Counted from the whole stretch's first letter, positions 13,701 to 26,860 are shown. The stretch: 63,377 bases of DNA, filler included, from Choristocarpus tenellus KU-1152 (GCA_964200185.2; 13 parts of 13 records of this genome joined end to end with filler, not necessarily neighbours in it), one strand, 5' to 3'. Program-made: numbers and translations. The notes: a model not told the origin generated them from the letters alone.

Positions 13701-15166
13701 TATCACATAAAAAACATATATGATTTGGGGTGTATGATTAAAAATATATAAATTGTCCTTCTGTCTGTTTTCACTGTTGTTAAGTTGTAGAGGCTCACTC
13801 TGATTGGTGTTGTGGTGTAACTGTCATTTAAGAAACTGCTGAATATTCTATTTATTAGTTTTATATATATATATATATAAAATTTGACCAGTCCCGATCA
13901 CTCTTGAAACTTTAAAATCGTCACGCACACCACCGTCTCCCCTCCCCCCTCCNNNNNNNNNNCCCCCTCCCTCCTCCCTCCTCCCCCTCTTTCTCGAAGT
14001 TGGTGGAAATACATGAAGGATCTTCTTGATTCATTGACAGTCTGTTTGAAAAATAAAACCGGCTCTATATTTGTTTTGTTCTTTGTGCCAGTTGCACTCA
14101 TTCAACACGCAACAATTTTCCTGCAAACCCTGCTGTGATTGTTACCCTCGCAGACTTTGGAATGACTCCACCTCACCCCCTCCCCTCCCCTCCCCTACTT
14201 GCCTTGTCTCTTTCCTGGGAAGGACTACTTGGGCGAGAGAATCGCCATGTATTTTGCGTTCCTTGGTCACTACACCTGCTGGCTTGGTCCTATGGCAATA
14301 CTGGGCACAACAGTTTTTGTTGACCAGATGGTGGAGTGGGACGTGGATGCCACTCTGACACCATACTTCTGTGTCTTTGTGGCTCTGTGGGCGGTGAGTC
14401 AGTTTTATTGATATTATTATTATTATTAAGCTTGTTTTTCTTTTATTAGCAGGTATTGAAGTAGTCATATGCATTGCTTTTAGTACATGGGCTGTAAGGG
14501 TTAGGGTTAGGGTTACATATTCTAGCAGAGTTTTTTCTTTTTTCTTTTTTTCAGTTGTGCGTTTGGATCCCCCTTTCCGTTGCCCCTTCCTTAGTTGAGT
14601 GACAACAAAAATCTATCGATAGAAAGTGTCTTTCCCCTGCCCCTCCCCCCTGCTACAGGTGAAAAATTTGTTTGCACTGACCAGTACCTTTGCCTGCTCG
14701 CACTCTCTATCTCTCTCTGTCTATCTCTCTCTGTCTGTTTCTATCTCTCTCTCTGTCTCTATCTCTGTCTCTCTGTCTCTATCTCTCTCTGTCTCTATCT
14801 CTCTCTCTGTCTCTATCTCTGTCTCTCTGTCTCTATCTCTGTCTGTCTCTATCTCTGTCTCTATCTCTGTCTCTCTCTATCTCTGTCTCTCTGTCTCTAT
14901 CTCTATCTGTCTCTCTGTCTGTCTCTCTGTCTCTATCTGTGTCTGTCTCTCTGTCTGTCCATGTGCCTTTGTGTCTTTGTGGCTGTGTACTGCCTGTTTG
15001 TTTCTCTTACCTGTCTTGCTTACGTACTACTTGTGCACTATTTGTGTACATGTAGGTGATCATGCTAGAGTACTGGAAACGGACTGAGTCTCAGTTGGCA
15101 ATGCGTTGGGGCATGTCTTCATTTGAGGAGGTGATTGTAGAGAAAGATGCCTTCCAGGGGAGATAT
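10514..15166 (+). CDS. Anoctamin / TMEM16 family protein, internal exons (10514-10660, 12687-12834, 14223-14393, 15056-~15166), partial at both ends
   Basis: Spliced translation: PYQFIYGKFD...HPFTSVHRIKLIRRII...| CAGLEL...GHFPLHD...WAYPQDQPVDMIK | DYLGERIAMYFAFLGHYT...YFCVFVALWA | VIMLEYWKRTESQLAMRWGMSSFEE. It contains anoctamin hallmarks FPLHD, QP.d.IrdYfGEkIalYFafL and lE.WKR....LA..W. Phases are consistent; the end of the last exon is uncertain (15130 or ~15166). Confidence 0.9.
10661..10772. repeat. Compound (GT)n/(CT)n microsatellite in an anoctamin intron
   Basis: GTGTGTGTGT, then a long (CT)n tract, then GTGTAT-type repeats, starting at the splice donor. Confidence 0.95.
14703..14958. 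repeat. Degenerate CT/CTGT/CTAT microsatellite (intronic)
   Basis: About 250 bp of CTCTATCTCTGT-like units. It produces the three overlapping low-complexity ORFs at 14595-15087. Confidence 0.95.
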
Positions 15167-15894
15167 GTGTATGTACATGTGTATATATATGTATATGTAT
15201 ATATATATATTATTTACCATGAATTGAATGAACCTGCGTCAAGAGTCGTGGCGGGTTTTCCCATATAGTATGTGGGGATTTGTGGTAAGAAGTGTGCGTC
15301 AGGCTTATTTGCGATTTGGTTCTTGTATGTGATGGTATGGTCGGTCACAGTTACATGGGTACAAAAGTTAAAAGGGGGGTGATGTAAGAGTTAAACGACC
15401 TTGTCTTCGTTTTTATATTTTTATATTTTTATGTAGGTTTGTGTGCTTGTATCAGCAGTGTACCTTGGTGCTGTGGGTTTGTTATGTTGTTGGCAGGCGG
15501 TTGGTCAGGTGGGTGGACAATTACTCTTTGGTTGAGAAGTGTTTTAGTAATTGAAGTATTTTAGTGTATGTGACTATTCTTTGGTGTGTGGTACTAATCA
15601 GTGTTGTTCAAAGTGTCACACATGTATGTGTTGGGGGGGGGAGNNNNNNNNNNNNNNNNNNNNNNNNNNNNNNNNNNNNNNNNNNNNTTAATTAATTAAN
15701 NNNNNNNNNNNNNNNNNNNNNNNNNNNNNNNNNNNNNNNNNNNGAATCATGTTGATTGGGGAACATTCAAATGTTTGTATCCATGTATGGTGCTGTTATT
15801 GTCAGGCATACCGAATACGTAAGACTGCTCATAACAAAACTGCCCTTTCCAACTAGTCACATGAAAGTTGACTGACAATTTCATTGTGTTACTA

Positions 15895-16272
15895 TAGTGG
15901 TACCAGTAGCTTCGCCCTCTGGCGTTGTCCCGTCATAACTTTTGATGTAGACATCCGATTAAAACAATAAAAGCATTGGGCAGCGGCCTAACCCGCATCA
16001 GTGTTCTGCGGGGAGTTCAGCAAACCATTTATTTTTTGTCCGTTTTGAAGTTGTAACCTTTAAATTGCGCAGGAAATATTCCCCCGCGTTTTTGCCATTA
16101 CTTGATTGGGACATAGCTCCCGTTCCCTGAGACCTGTGCATCCAAGGATACAAACCTTCAAACGCTCTTGACACACGCTTTTATTTGGTATTATATTGTT
16201 CTGTAATTATTGTGGCAATATACTGAAAAAAAAGCAAGATTACTCTAGAGGGGTAAGCTATTGGTACCACTT
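15895..16272. mobile_element. Tc1/mariner-type MITE (family E), ~378 bp
   Basis: Imperfect ~27-bp TIRs AGTGGTACCAGTAGCTTCGCCCTCTGG and CTAGAGGGGTAAGCTATTGGTACCACT, flanked by TA at 15893-15894 and 16273-16274; non-coding interior. Only one copy in the window. Confidence 0.7.
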
Positions 16273-16289
16273 TAATCAGTGATAGCGTG

Positions 16290-17130
16290 TGGAACACGTT
16301 CCCCATTAGCAAATGGCGAGTGGTGTCCTCGTAAGTCTTGTTTGTTATTGATTACCTAAATCCTTTGTTGTACTACTGCACCAGGGTCTCTGTTGCAAAC
16401 AAAGAGGCCACAATAATTGCTTATACCCGAATAGAACTTACAATTTCACTTTCGGGCACGTGAGTTGTTACATTCCGATCAAGGTATCAAATTCGAATCC
16501 ACCTTCGTTGCAGAGTTGCAGTCTGTCTTTGCCCACAAGAAAACCGAGACCACACCGTACCTCCCAGAAGAGAATTCTGTTTTAGAGAGAGCTACGTTGC
16601 ATTCTGTGCTAGCAATGTATATCTCCGTGTTGTTGAGGATAACTAGGCATCTATTACTGTCTTTCATACAGTTTGTAGAGCTTGCAAATAGGAAAACTTT
16701 CAGTGCGAAGTTGCATGAATCCCCGATATTCCTTCTGTCAAAAGACAAGTGATATTACCTGTTGGTGTTATTATTGGCACGTCTAATGCATTCAGATGTC
16801 ACCAGTGAAGAGGTTACTCAGCAAACCAAAGGTTATTTACAACTTACATTGGAGTTGGCACGCCGGAACCTCTGTGAACACCTTCAAAATCTGAAACATG
16901 CCAGCCAATATCTCACGTTTCCCGTTTTCGTACCAAATATTAAGGTTCTAGTCCATAGACCACATGAGATCACTAATGATACAAATCTGAAGTTACGTCA
17001 CCCTTGGAGGGGTTCGTATGAAGTACACTCTAAGGTATCACCCATCATGTACAGGGTCGTACTACATGGAAACCCACATCCATTTTCAGTTCGTTTGGGT
17101 AACATCCAGCACGTCCCATCAACCTCATCA
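16290..17130 (+). mobile_element. Degenerate Ty3/gypsy integrase remnant
   Basis: LHSDQGIKFES...KKTETTPYLPEENSVLER matches the rve core (SDqG..F / T.YhPq.NG..ER). Downstream KVLVHRP...KLRHPWRGSYEV...MYRV matches the GPY/F C-terminal region. Stops and frameshifts are present. Confidence 0.85.
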
Positions 17131-17182
17131 CCCATACAAACGCTAACTGATAGGCTGATCCCACAAACTCAAAGATCGTAAA

Positions 17183-17361
17183 GACCCAAAGTATCTGTTT
17201 GTGGGGGGTGGTCTACATCAGGGTGTCCATTTTGGTCAAAATCAGGAAAAGTGCATTTACATTATCCATTCGACGTATGCAGTCAAATCACCCCAAAATC
17301 GCGGCATTAAAAAATTGAACCCAAATGGACAGTCGCCACCCCCCCCCAGATACTTTGGGCC
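17183..17361 (-). mobile_element. MITE family B, full-length copy
   Basis: Ends GACCCAAAGTATCTG and CAGATACTTTGGGCC; AAA/AAA flanks; reverse complement of the copies at 24146, 38726 and 56519. Confidence 0.9.
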
Positions 17362-20300
17362 AAAGCTTGATTTATTTGCAGAACACATACCATCAAACTT
17401 TGGCTAATGACATCCTGATCAGATATTAATCCAAATACCGTCTATATATTACACTTCATATTGTACAAATGTGAACAAATCAGCAGTGTAAACAATGGTG
17501 CACAATGGCATGCTAACAGTCAGACTTCTTTCCCATTCTTCTCCATGAGCTCACCTTTTGGTTGGGGCTGAATCATTTTATGCCTTATAACATCATACCT
17601 ATTGAGGCTCCTTGTCAGGAACCTCGATTCCAGTGGAGGATCTTCCATGAGACTGATGAGTCCATTGAAATGTATTCAAGGGACCAGTCCCACGGGTGGT
17701 GGAATTCTCTTTGTTCAGGTATACCAAGAGTCGAGGATTCTCTGTGACATCGGTGTCCTGCCACTCCGATGATTACTCTCATGAGGTCCTTTTTACTGTC
17801 CACGCTTGCACGCGTCTAACCTTAACGTTCTCCTCTTGATTATGGTTTGTCTTGGTCTATCTGGTTTTCTTGCTTAGTTCGTCTCTTGACCACCCTTAGC
17901 AAAGTGATCCATTCCGCTAGAGAATCACTTAGTTCGCAATGATACAATATATAGACCCATATCTTCCTATTTGTAATTGACAAATATTTTGTACAAAGTA
18001 ATCCAGCCCTCAGCCACAAATAAATGCGTTCTTCATCGTTCCTTGAGTAATGCATGAGCAATAGTCTGGTATCAAATATTATGAGGGGACCATGCCTATG
18101 ACGATAGAGAAAGCACACGGAAACGGGTTCGGTACAAATTTCGCGCCTTCACTCTCACTAATTAGGGGGCCTTTTGTCCGTACATCAACAAATATATTGA
18201 GTGGGTATATTCGAAACATTCACACCAGAGATATTTAAATCTAACCTTACAATCTTTCGGTTCACAACACTAACGTAATACCTTTCTTCACAACTTTGTT
18301 TATTGTATTTATATGGTCCATAGTATATAATTTTCTTCATTGATGCACACGCTGCCTACTGATACCACTAACCTGTGCAACTTGAAATGCATGTGCAAGG
18401 AGAAAGCATAGAATTTCATTGCTCCATCACCACCCTGAATTGATTTCTCTCCCCAGAGTTGTTGCTTCCCTCCCATTCTGTGGTACCTGGCATTGTGTTT
18501 TCCATAAATGAAATTGTATAGGCCACGGCAGTTAGGGTCGGGGAGGGGACGTACAAGCTCCAGCCCATTGTACTGCTGTGTTTCCCACCTGGACTGTTCT
18601 CTAACTTTACGAAGGCACAGTCTTTCAGAAACCTGTCTATGTAGATTTTTTCAGCGTGAACAAGCTACATCATCCTTTGGTGTAAAAGGCAAGAGTTATA
18701 ATAAAGTCATCTGAGTTTTGTGAGTGTGAGAATTCGACATGGTTTGGGACGAAGCATTTAAATATCCTCAGTTGAAGATAAAAAAGAAAGGTAAATTGAA
18801 TCATTAAAGACCTTTTTCCTATTTTCTCTTTATCAAGGAACCCATTAACTTTCCTCCCCCAACTTGGGCAGGTGGCAGTAACAGACATACATTGGGACTG
18901 TGGAACTAGAAATAGCTGTGAGCATAGCCTAGAGTATATTTTTTGGTATCTCTTTGAAAACAGTCAAAGGATATGGTCATGGGTGGGTTGAGGGCATGAA
19001 GGAAGAAGATGAGGTAGGCTCATTGACCCCGTAGCGCATTTGCAATGGACAATGAAGAAGTTAACAAGAACGATGAGAAAAGCGACAATTCTTTGTTCAC
19101 CGTTAATGAGAAACTGCAGTGGGTCCTTCGGACATGGGTTGATTGTCCTTGTATGCCCCAAAGTTGACTATGCAGAGTGGCTCTTGTCAATAGCAATAGC
19201 CTTGTCATTGCTGAAGGGGTGTTCTGGTGCCATCTCGAAGTTGCAAGTGAATCCCGCAATTCCTACATCTGCTACAACTCTCACCCCCCTTCCTTCTCCT
19301 GTGAGAGGCTCTGGAACTATTTAAAGTACAAGGACGACAGCATCGCAGTTATAAAGGATGTTCTTTTTCTTGGGAAGAGTCAACACGTCCACAACTATTT
19401 GTGCTATAGTCCAAGACAAATGGATCGCTATCACCTCCATGTTTTTCACGCTCTTGGTCAGCCTATGTGCACTTGTTAGCAGAAACGGGTTGATAATTGC
19501 AAAGTACTAGGTAGCAGACTGTATTACTCTTTCTTCCACGCAATTGCAACTATCACTAATTGAACACATGTAACATGCAGACACGTTGCCCCAAACAACA
19601 ACGGCACTGTGTGCAGCTACTCTAGATGCGGTGCTTAGGTATAATCCGGGGTCCCTGGTACCACCAAGGATGAGTTAAGAAATATTGATATGGTACCCCC
19701 TGGGTGTAGCACGTAGATCAGCACATTCCCGAGCATGTTCCACGGTCTCTCTGTTACAGGCGAGTAGCGCGAGTATTTCTTCCCGCGCTTTGACTGGCGC
19801 GAGCAGTATACNNNNNNNNNNNNNNNNNNNNNNNNNNNNNNNNNNNNNNNNNNNNTTAATTAATTAANNNNNNNNNNNNNNNNNNNNNNNNNNNNNNNNN
19901 NNNNNNNNNNNACGTGTGATAAGTAGATACGATTATTTTCTGATTATTCATGTGGACGTTGCAAATCCGACATGGTAGGCTGCACTGGTCTTACCCACCT
20001 TCTCAGTCAGCGGAATCGAGACCACAAGACCCTTGTAATATTAACCTTACTAATCTATTTCGAGCTGTTCTTTGTCCTTCATTAAAGCACCATAAAAGCC
20101 GCGGGTCCAGTGTGGGATAGTTCAACACGCTACGTAGCGGACCGAATGTTCCTGGGATGTTGTACGAAGCGACAAGACTGGTAGTGAGCATTGTTATTGT
20201 ATACAAGACATCTGCTGGTAACCCCATCAGGGTCGCCAACCTCCCCACATTAGCTGGGAAGTAGGGAGTGGATTTCTTCGGTTTTGCGGTTCATTCTTAG

Positions 20301-20455
20301 GTCATCCGAAATGTCTGTAGCTGCGACTTTGCGCTGCTTGACCCTGACATAGTCTGTGAAGGGTCGACTCGGACGTGGAGTCAAGGAAGGCTGCACCCAA
20401 GCTCAAAGGATAGTGCACGAGTGCTTCAGCAGCCACGGTAACATTTGGAGATGGT

Positions 20456-20932
20456 GTGCCAACTGCATTAGCACTTAACATCTCCAATCGTGGAGATGGA
20501 TGGCGAAAACCGAATGATCACGCCCTTGCTTCAGGAAGGAGGGTGAGTAGTAAAGTTGCTGGTGGAAAGGGCCGCGGGAAGGGGCGCATAGTCAGTTTCA
20601 TGTGTGGTAAAGATGGCCACATGAGAGGTGACTGCCCCGACCTGGACAGGGGACGACACGCAGATGCCTCTACGAGAATGGGGGAAGATGAAGATAAAGA
20701 TGGAAGATGGCCAAGGTGTAGGGGGATAGGACATGACTATGATGAATGTCGCCTGACTGTTCGGGCAAGGGAAAAGATCAGGAAACCCCCAAGAAGAGGG
20801 GATAAGTATGCCAATATGGTGTCGACAGCTTCACCTCCGTCCTCCAACCAAGAGGATCTTGCTGATCGGATGGAAAGGTTAGAAGGGTTCATCGGCTCTT
20901 ATTTTGGTGAATCTGATCGTTATTCCCTATGA
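20456..20932 (+). mobile_element. Degenerate retroelement Gag C-terminus with two damaged CCHC zinc knuckles
   Basis: SFMCGKDGHMRGDC and WPRCRGIGHDYDEC fit CX2CX4HX4C, each with the first Cys one base change away (AGT, TGG). Confidence 0.65.
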
Positions 20933-21405
20933 CTGTCTTCTTTTGTGTTTGTCTTTCTAAATGTTTTAATTTGATTTTGTCCCTCATCTCTTGTGTATTT
21001 TGGTGCATACCCACAGTAGTCAAGTGACATCTGTGATGTTGTATGCAGACTGACTTTAGTCAGGGAAAGGCTTGTCGAATAACCTAGTGTTATCCTTACG
21101 TTATTTGTGCTGACACAAGTATATAACATAGGTTATACGTACGTTTATATTTGGTTAGTTATGATACAGAGTACGTACGTATATAAAATATAATAAGTCA
21201 ACATTAATCCACAGGTCAGTGATGATGGATGGTTGACGGGCTATTAATAATTCAGTGTGTGCTTTACCATGTAATTCAACTGCTAGCTTCCGGGGACGAG
21301 CCTCATGTGCGCCAAGCTTCTCAACACGCTTAAGCGCTTAATCCAAACTCTGGCCAGGGGAGGCGCAGCGAGACTGGTTTGTTTTGAATTGGCATAGCAC
21401 CACTC

Positions 21406-22842
21406 ATGGCTTCTGATGGGACCAACACCAAACTCCTCCAGCTCTCGGACGATAATTATGCGGACTGGTTCGCTACAACGCGCGCATTTTTGGGGGCTAA
21501 GGGGGACATTGATGAGGCACTGGAGTATAGGAGGATACCCATCAGAGTAGGCGACATCGAATTCGTTAAGGGCGAAGGTGTTAGTGAAGACGAAGTCACC
21601 AAGGCCAAGAAGGCATATGACGTCCTGCTGAGGAGCACGAGCGGAATTTACCGGTGTATAGTCCGGAATGATGCCTCACCTTCAGGAGTCTGGAAACAAC
21701 TACGTGAACACTTTCTTATTCAGTCAGATGAGGAAATAGCCAGACTAAAAAGGAAGGTCATGACAGTCAAGATGCCTAGGGGATCAGATCCCCAAATCAC
21801 CTTCACTATGATGCTGGACTGGGTTGGCCAGATGGCGATGATGGGGCATGTGATGTCCGAGCAAGTCCTACAAATCGCCATGCTGGATTGTTTGGATGAG
21901 GACTACCAAATTACCAAACATTATCTGCAGCATCATAACAAGGCCGAGCGTTCGAGGACTATGATTCAACAAGCCGCTCGTTCACGTTATTTCTCACTCA
22001 AACGAGAAATAGGAGACCGCGGAGAGCCTGGGAGCGCTCTAGCCGCGAGGAATAGAATAAGGGCTAGCCTAGGTGGCAGCCGAAGTACGACTGATCAACG
22101 TACATACCCTGGGATGAAAGGATCTCATCCCAGAAGACAGGAATAGCACGCAGATTCCTATGAATATAAAGGACTGTGTTACAGCTGCGGGAGCAAAGGA
22201 CACCAGCAAGCTGAGTGCCCCTATGGGAGGGCAGGACCACCAAAGTTGGTGGGGAATATGTATCGCCAGAGGGCGACTCCGCATGATGCAGCAGGAATAC
22301 TAGCTGAACCAGATGAACCAGCTAGGCCAAGGAGAAAGTTCGAGACGGGATCAGGAGGACTAGCTAGAACAGGGAGAAAATTTAAGACCATGTTAGCCAC
22401 GATGACTAACAATGGCGAGGTGAGTTTGAATGCTCTCGAAACTTGGTGTTTCGATTCGGGTGCCTCTAATAGTGTAACAAATGACTCGACTAACATGTAT
22501 AGATTCACCACATGTCCGCCAGGCTTCAAAATGACAGTGGCTGACGGCACATCACTGCCCATTGTAGGGTATGGCAAAATTGATTTGAATTTCAATGTTG
22601 ACCACAACGAGTGGGTGAATGTTACGTTGACGTTTGTTACACTTGTCCCGAAAATAGCTTTCAATCTTATCTCTGCACATTCTGCTGGTATGGTTAAGGA
22701 AGTGACCATCACATTGACTGATAATGCATACCAGATAGACGATGGGGGGGGGTTTCCACTCGTTTTTTAAGTGGAATGGATCCATGCACGCAGCTAACGC
22801 AGAAAGACTGCCACCCCCAGAAGATTTGGATCACACTCTATG
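21406..22842 (+). mobile_element. Ty1/copia retrotransposon gag-protease region
   Basis: Gag N-terminus LSDDNYADW...FL and a UBN2-like region (VWKQLREHF...IARLKRKVMTVKM...LDEDY); CCHC knuckle CYSCGSKGHQQAEC; copia protease WCFDSGASNSVTN...VADGTSLPIVGYGKI...LVPKIAFNLIS. One in-frame TAG at 22144-22146 and an apparent frameshift at the G-run near 22744-22752. Confidence 0.9.
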
Positions 22843-23083
22843 ACACTCGATACATCCTCCCTCCACATCCAAGAAGACAGACAGGAGAAATCCAGGAGAT
22901 GGGGGGTGAATGGTAATGATAATGGAGAGTGAAACTTTTACCGAAAGATGGAAAGAATTTATAAAGTACTATGGAGTAGTTCCNNNNNNNNNNNNNNNNN
23001 NNNNNNNNNNNNNNNNNNNNNNNNNNNTTAATTAATTAANNNNNNNNNNNNNNNNNNNNNNNNNNNNNNNNNNNNNNNNNNNN

Positions 23084-23140
23084 CCATCCTCAATGAAAAG
23101 CTCCATCCTCAATTTTTGAAATCGGCTGTTCGAAGCAACA
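23084..23140. repeat. Dispersed repeat family C (second copy at ~57264-57320)
   Basis: CATCCTCA..GCTCCATCCTCAATTTT(T)GAAA(A)TC..CTGTT(C/A)GAAG is shared by two contig starts. Confidence 0.65.
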
Positions 23141-23268
23141 GTTGCCACAAAAGTGAAAAATGTTATTATTTTTACTATTTTACCACCTCTATATTGGCAG
23201 CCGTAAGAGGTGAGTGTGAGCACCGCACCATTCTCTACTTCCACGTGGTTACTGCTTCTTCTATCATT

Positions 23269-23305
<37 letters not shown>

Positions 23306-24145
23306 CAGTAGTAATTTAATCTTGTTGATTGTGACGGTGTATCATCCATTGCTCTCTACGCAACATGTTCACAGGTACAATGTTGCCAGTGATTTGTCTT
23401 CCCAGTTCCTTTCACAACAAGTACCACTTTTGGGGTTTCCTTACTTTTTTTTATTCCTACACTCCAAGATCCTGCGACACGCGTTCTTACGCAAATGTAT
23501 CCTAATTCTTTTGTTTCAAGAAACCGATCAGTGATTTTGTACCCAGATTCCAATATCCATACTTCGATGGGGAGGGGTTATGACCTTTCGGTCAGCATGA
23601 AGTTCCTACTTATTTTCGCCTTTGTGTTAAGCTTGTCTTCCCTCAGCAATTCTTCATCACCGGTAAGCCAACAAGTCGCTCGAAGGTCTTCGTCGCATCA
23701 ATCTGGCTGCGTTCTAGTCCTGATCTCGTAGATCTCTCCTAATGATTCTGCGAGAGGGGCAAACAGTCTCGTGGAATACGTCTCCTGGAATTTGCTTCCC
23801 TCAGCCCCATCTTCTAATGCCGCAGCCTCCAACACCCTCATACCTCCCCACGCCTTTCCTTCCATTTCCACCACTACCACACCCAATCGGCAGTCTGATG
23901 GTGAATCACGGCAGGGAGTGAGAGCATCCATCTCATCCAAGGCTGGGAGCCTATTCTGTGGAAAGCCCAAGGTTTGCGAAGGTGAAGGTGTAAGGGCCTC
24001 ATGGATGGTAGTGCGAAAGCCCAAGCTCCACTGCCGAGCCCCCATCTGCCCAGAAGACGTCTCCAGGGAAGATACATTTTCGGTGAGCTACGATTAGGGC
24101 GTGTATTGAGGAAACCATTAGAGTACCTCCAATATTCAGCACTCA

Positions 24146-24319
24146 GGCTCAAAGTATATGGGGCGAGAGTGGTGGCTGTCCATTTGGGATCAGTTTTTCA
24201 CATCACGATTTTTGGGTGATTTGGTTGCATATGCCGGATGGATAATATATGTGCACTTTTCCTGGTTATGGTCCAAATGGACACCCAGGTGTAGACCCCC
24301 CCCCCAAATACTTTGGGTC
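24146..24319 (+). mobile_element. MITE family B, full-length copy
   Basis: GGCTCAAAGTATATGGGG ... CCCCCAAATACTTTGGGTC; interior aligns with the other B copies. No clear TSD. Confidence 0.9.
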
Positions 24320-24521
24320 TTCTTGGACAATTTTCTCCACATGGTTTCTCCTGCTGTTTGGACAAAGCACAATGAGCCCACTGCCTACTTGACAAAACAT
24401 TTCAGCACATCATCGTATGTGTATGAACTCAATGCACAAGAACAATTTGAGGCAATGGATACAACAAGCGCCATTCCGTACTCAAAATTTCATGTGGTGG
24501 CTGAGATCGTATCCTTAAAAC

Positions 24522-24780
24522 GAGTCAAATTATCTTAGAGGGTAGAGCTATGTCCGTTTGGCGGCCAAAATCCAATGTTGAGAGTTTGATGTAATTTTGG
24601 CTATCGTGTCTGTTAGGAAGTGTCAATATCCTTGTTCCGGACACACCTTTTCATAACCTATACATATTACCTACTCCAAAACATTTCAGAGTAGGTAAAA
24701 TGTCATAAAAAACCCATGGGAATCCAAGCCCCAAATGGACAAATAGGGCAAAACTCCTACCCTCTAAGAGACTTTCACTA
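24522..24780 (+). mobile_element. MITE family A, full-length copy
   Basis: GAGTCAAATTATCTTAGAGGGTAG ... CTACCCTCTAAGAGACTTTCACTA; flanks AAC/AAA. Confidence 0.9.
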
Positions 24781-26860
24781 AAATGTTCTGAGTATTTCGG
24801 GGCATATACCCTACACCTTTCACCATCAGAGTTGCATTATTTCAAGGATGCTGACTAATATGTGCAAAAGTCGACTTTGTTTTTGTTACAGTTGTGGATA
24901 GGATATATTGTTTATTGTGTGGGAGAAGTTTTAAACAAGAGAGAAATAAACGTTATCAATTCAAACTTCTATTCAAAAACAAGATGGAATCAGTTTATCT
25001 GAAGGAAATATTCATGAAACTTGGAATAGAACTTCATCCATAGAAATATGAGAGAATTGCAAAAGATTGAAAATCAGACTTTAAATGCAAAACGTTCAAA
25101 ACCTGGGTGCCTCTCGTTTACTCTGGCTCTGATGGAATTTAGTTTCCGTTGTTATGGCAATGTGCACTTCAACCCCCCTCCATATCCTTAGCTACCCGCT
25201 GTCTCCACTAGCTATAAAAAGATAGGCAAGTAGAGCTAGCCAATTCAGTAGAGGCCACGAACTTTCCTATGTTTCACCTATAGCTCTTGTCAGTATTTGA
25301 ATCACAGTTTTGCATACACAAATTGTTTGGTGCCAAACTGAACTATTTTGTTGAAATTCGGGAAATACTCCTCTTGATCAAGGATAGCTTTGATAACTCC
25401 GTTTCTAATGTAATGGATAACACCTTGCTATACTTCAATCCAGCTTTTCGGGCAATTATTGTTGCTGCAATGTTTCTTCATACGCTCAGTATGGAGAGTA
25501 TTTTTTTCAGCAGAAAGCATACAACCAAAACTCTCCAGATCTCCTGAGTAATGGGAATTGACCGGCTGTTCTATTTTACTTTTTTTTATTGAGTTTTTAT
25601 ATTGTAATGTTTCGAAATCTCTTCGATTCACGCTTAACTAATTTTTTCTTGATTGAAAAATTGATTCAATAAACACAACATTAATATAAAACAATAACTT
25701 GTTGCTTTATCAGCACCACTTACAGCCATCAAGGAGAAAATCTTGAAAAAACAAAAATAGCCTTAGGTGGTGTTTTATACGAACTTGCTACTTTGGAGAA
25801 GGATATATTTCTATCAATTGCTATGGGCGTGGCTGCTACTGTCACACTTGACTATGGATACTAAAGTTATCAACAACATATAAATATTCGTAGTGAGGAG
25901 ATAAGAAGTCAAAGATTTAATACAAGCAAACAAAAAGAACACAACCCCGAGGAAAAAATAATATAAATATAAATATATACATACATATATCAAGAGATAA
26001 AGTCAAAAATCAATCTCGAAAACGGATTAGGCTTACTGTACAAAACAAGCAACACTTGGTATAACCAACCCAGAATGTCAATCTAATGCTTCGAAAAAAT
26101 GAAAAAAAAATCTTGCAGCATCAGCGCGCTTCTAAGATGATGATTAGTTGTAACCAAACTTCTCACATACACATACTTTGAGCACACGTGAGTTTGCCCT
26201 CTAATTTACACACGAAATTATTTCCAGACGCATGAGAGACATGCATTTTTCACACACACTTTTTTTTAAACGTATGCACTTGACTTCAGTAGATCGGAAA
26301 AAGAAACGAAACAGATTCAAGAGGCTGGGAAAATAACCAAAAGGAATGTAGGGGGTTTCCTAGCCTTGGGAAGCGTTTTTAGGTGTATGGTACTTGAAGA
26401 GATGTCTCACCCTATGTGAACTTTCTCGCGTATTGTGTACGCAGGTATTATTGAACTCTTGGTATGCAACATTAAGTCTTTAGTATCTTAGGTGTACATA
26501 AGAAAATACTTTTTTAGGAGTGCAGAATAATTTTCCAGGGGAAATGCCGGAAAACTTTGTATCCTACTTGTGGAAACTCCTCCTCTTACGCAAGATATTC
26601 ATAGTGGAGATGTTAAAACAGTAAACAGTCAAGACGTACCGCTGAACTTGGATTATGATTTATTTTTTTTGTCGCATGAAAAAAAAAAAAAAAAAAGGAC
26701 ATCAACACTACTCCGGGGTATAAAGAAAAAAAAAAAGAAAAAAAAAAAAAAAAAGAAAAANNNNNNNNNNNNNNNNNNNNNNNNNNNNNNNNNNNNNNNN
26801 NNNNTTAATTAATTAANNNNNNNNNNNNNNNNNNNNNNNNNNNNNNNNNNNNNNNNNNNN

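Noticed and set aside
14595-15087. Three overlapping 120-150 aa Leu/Ser/Cys-rich ORFs
   Set aside because: Produced by a stop-free CT microsatellite within an anoctamin intron.
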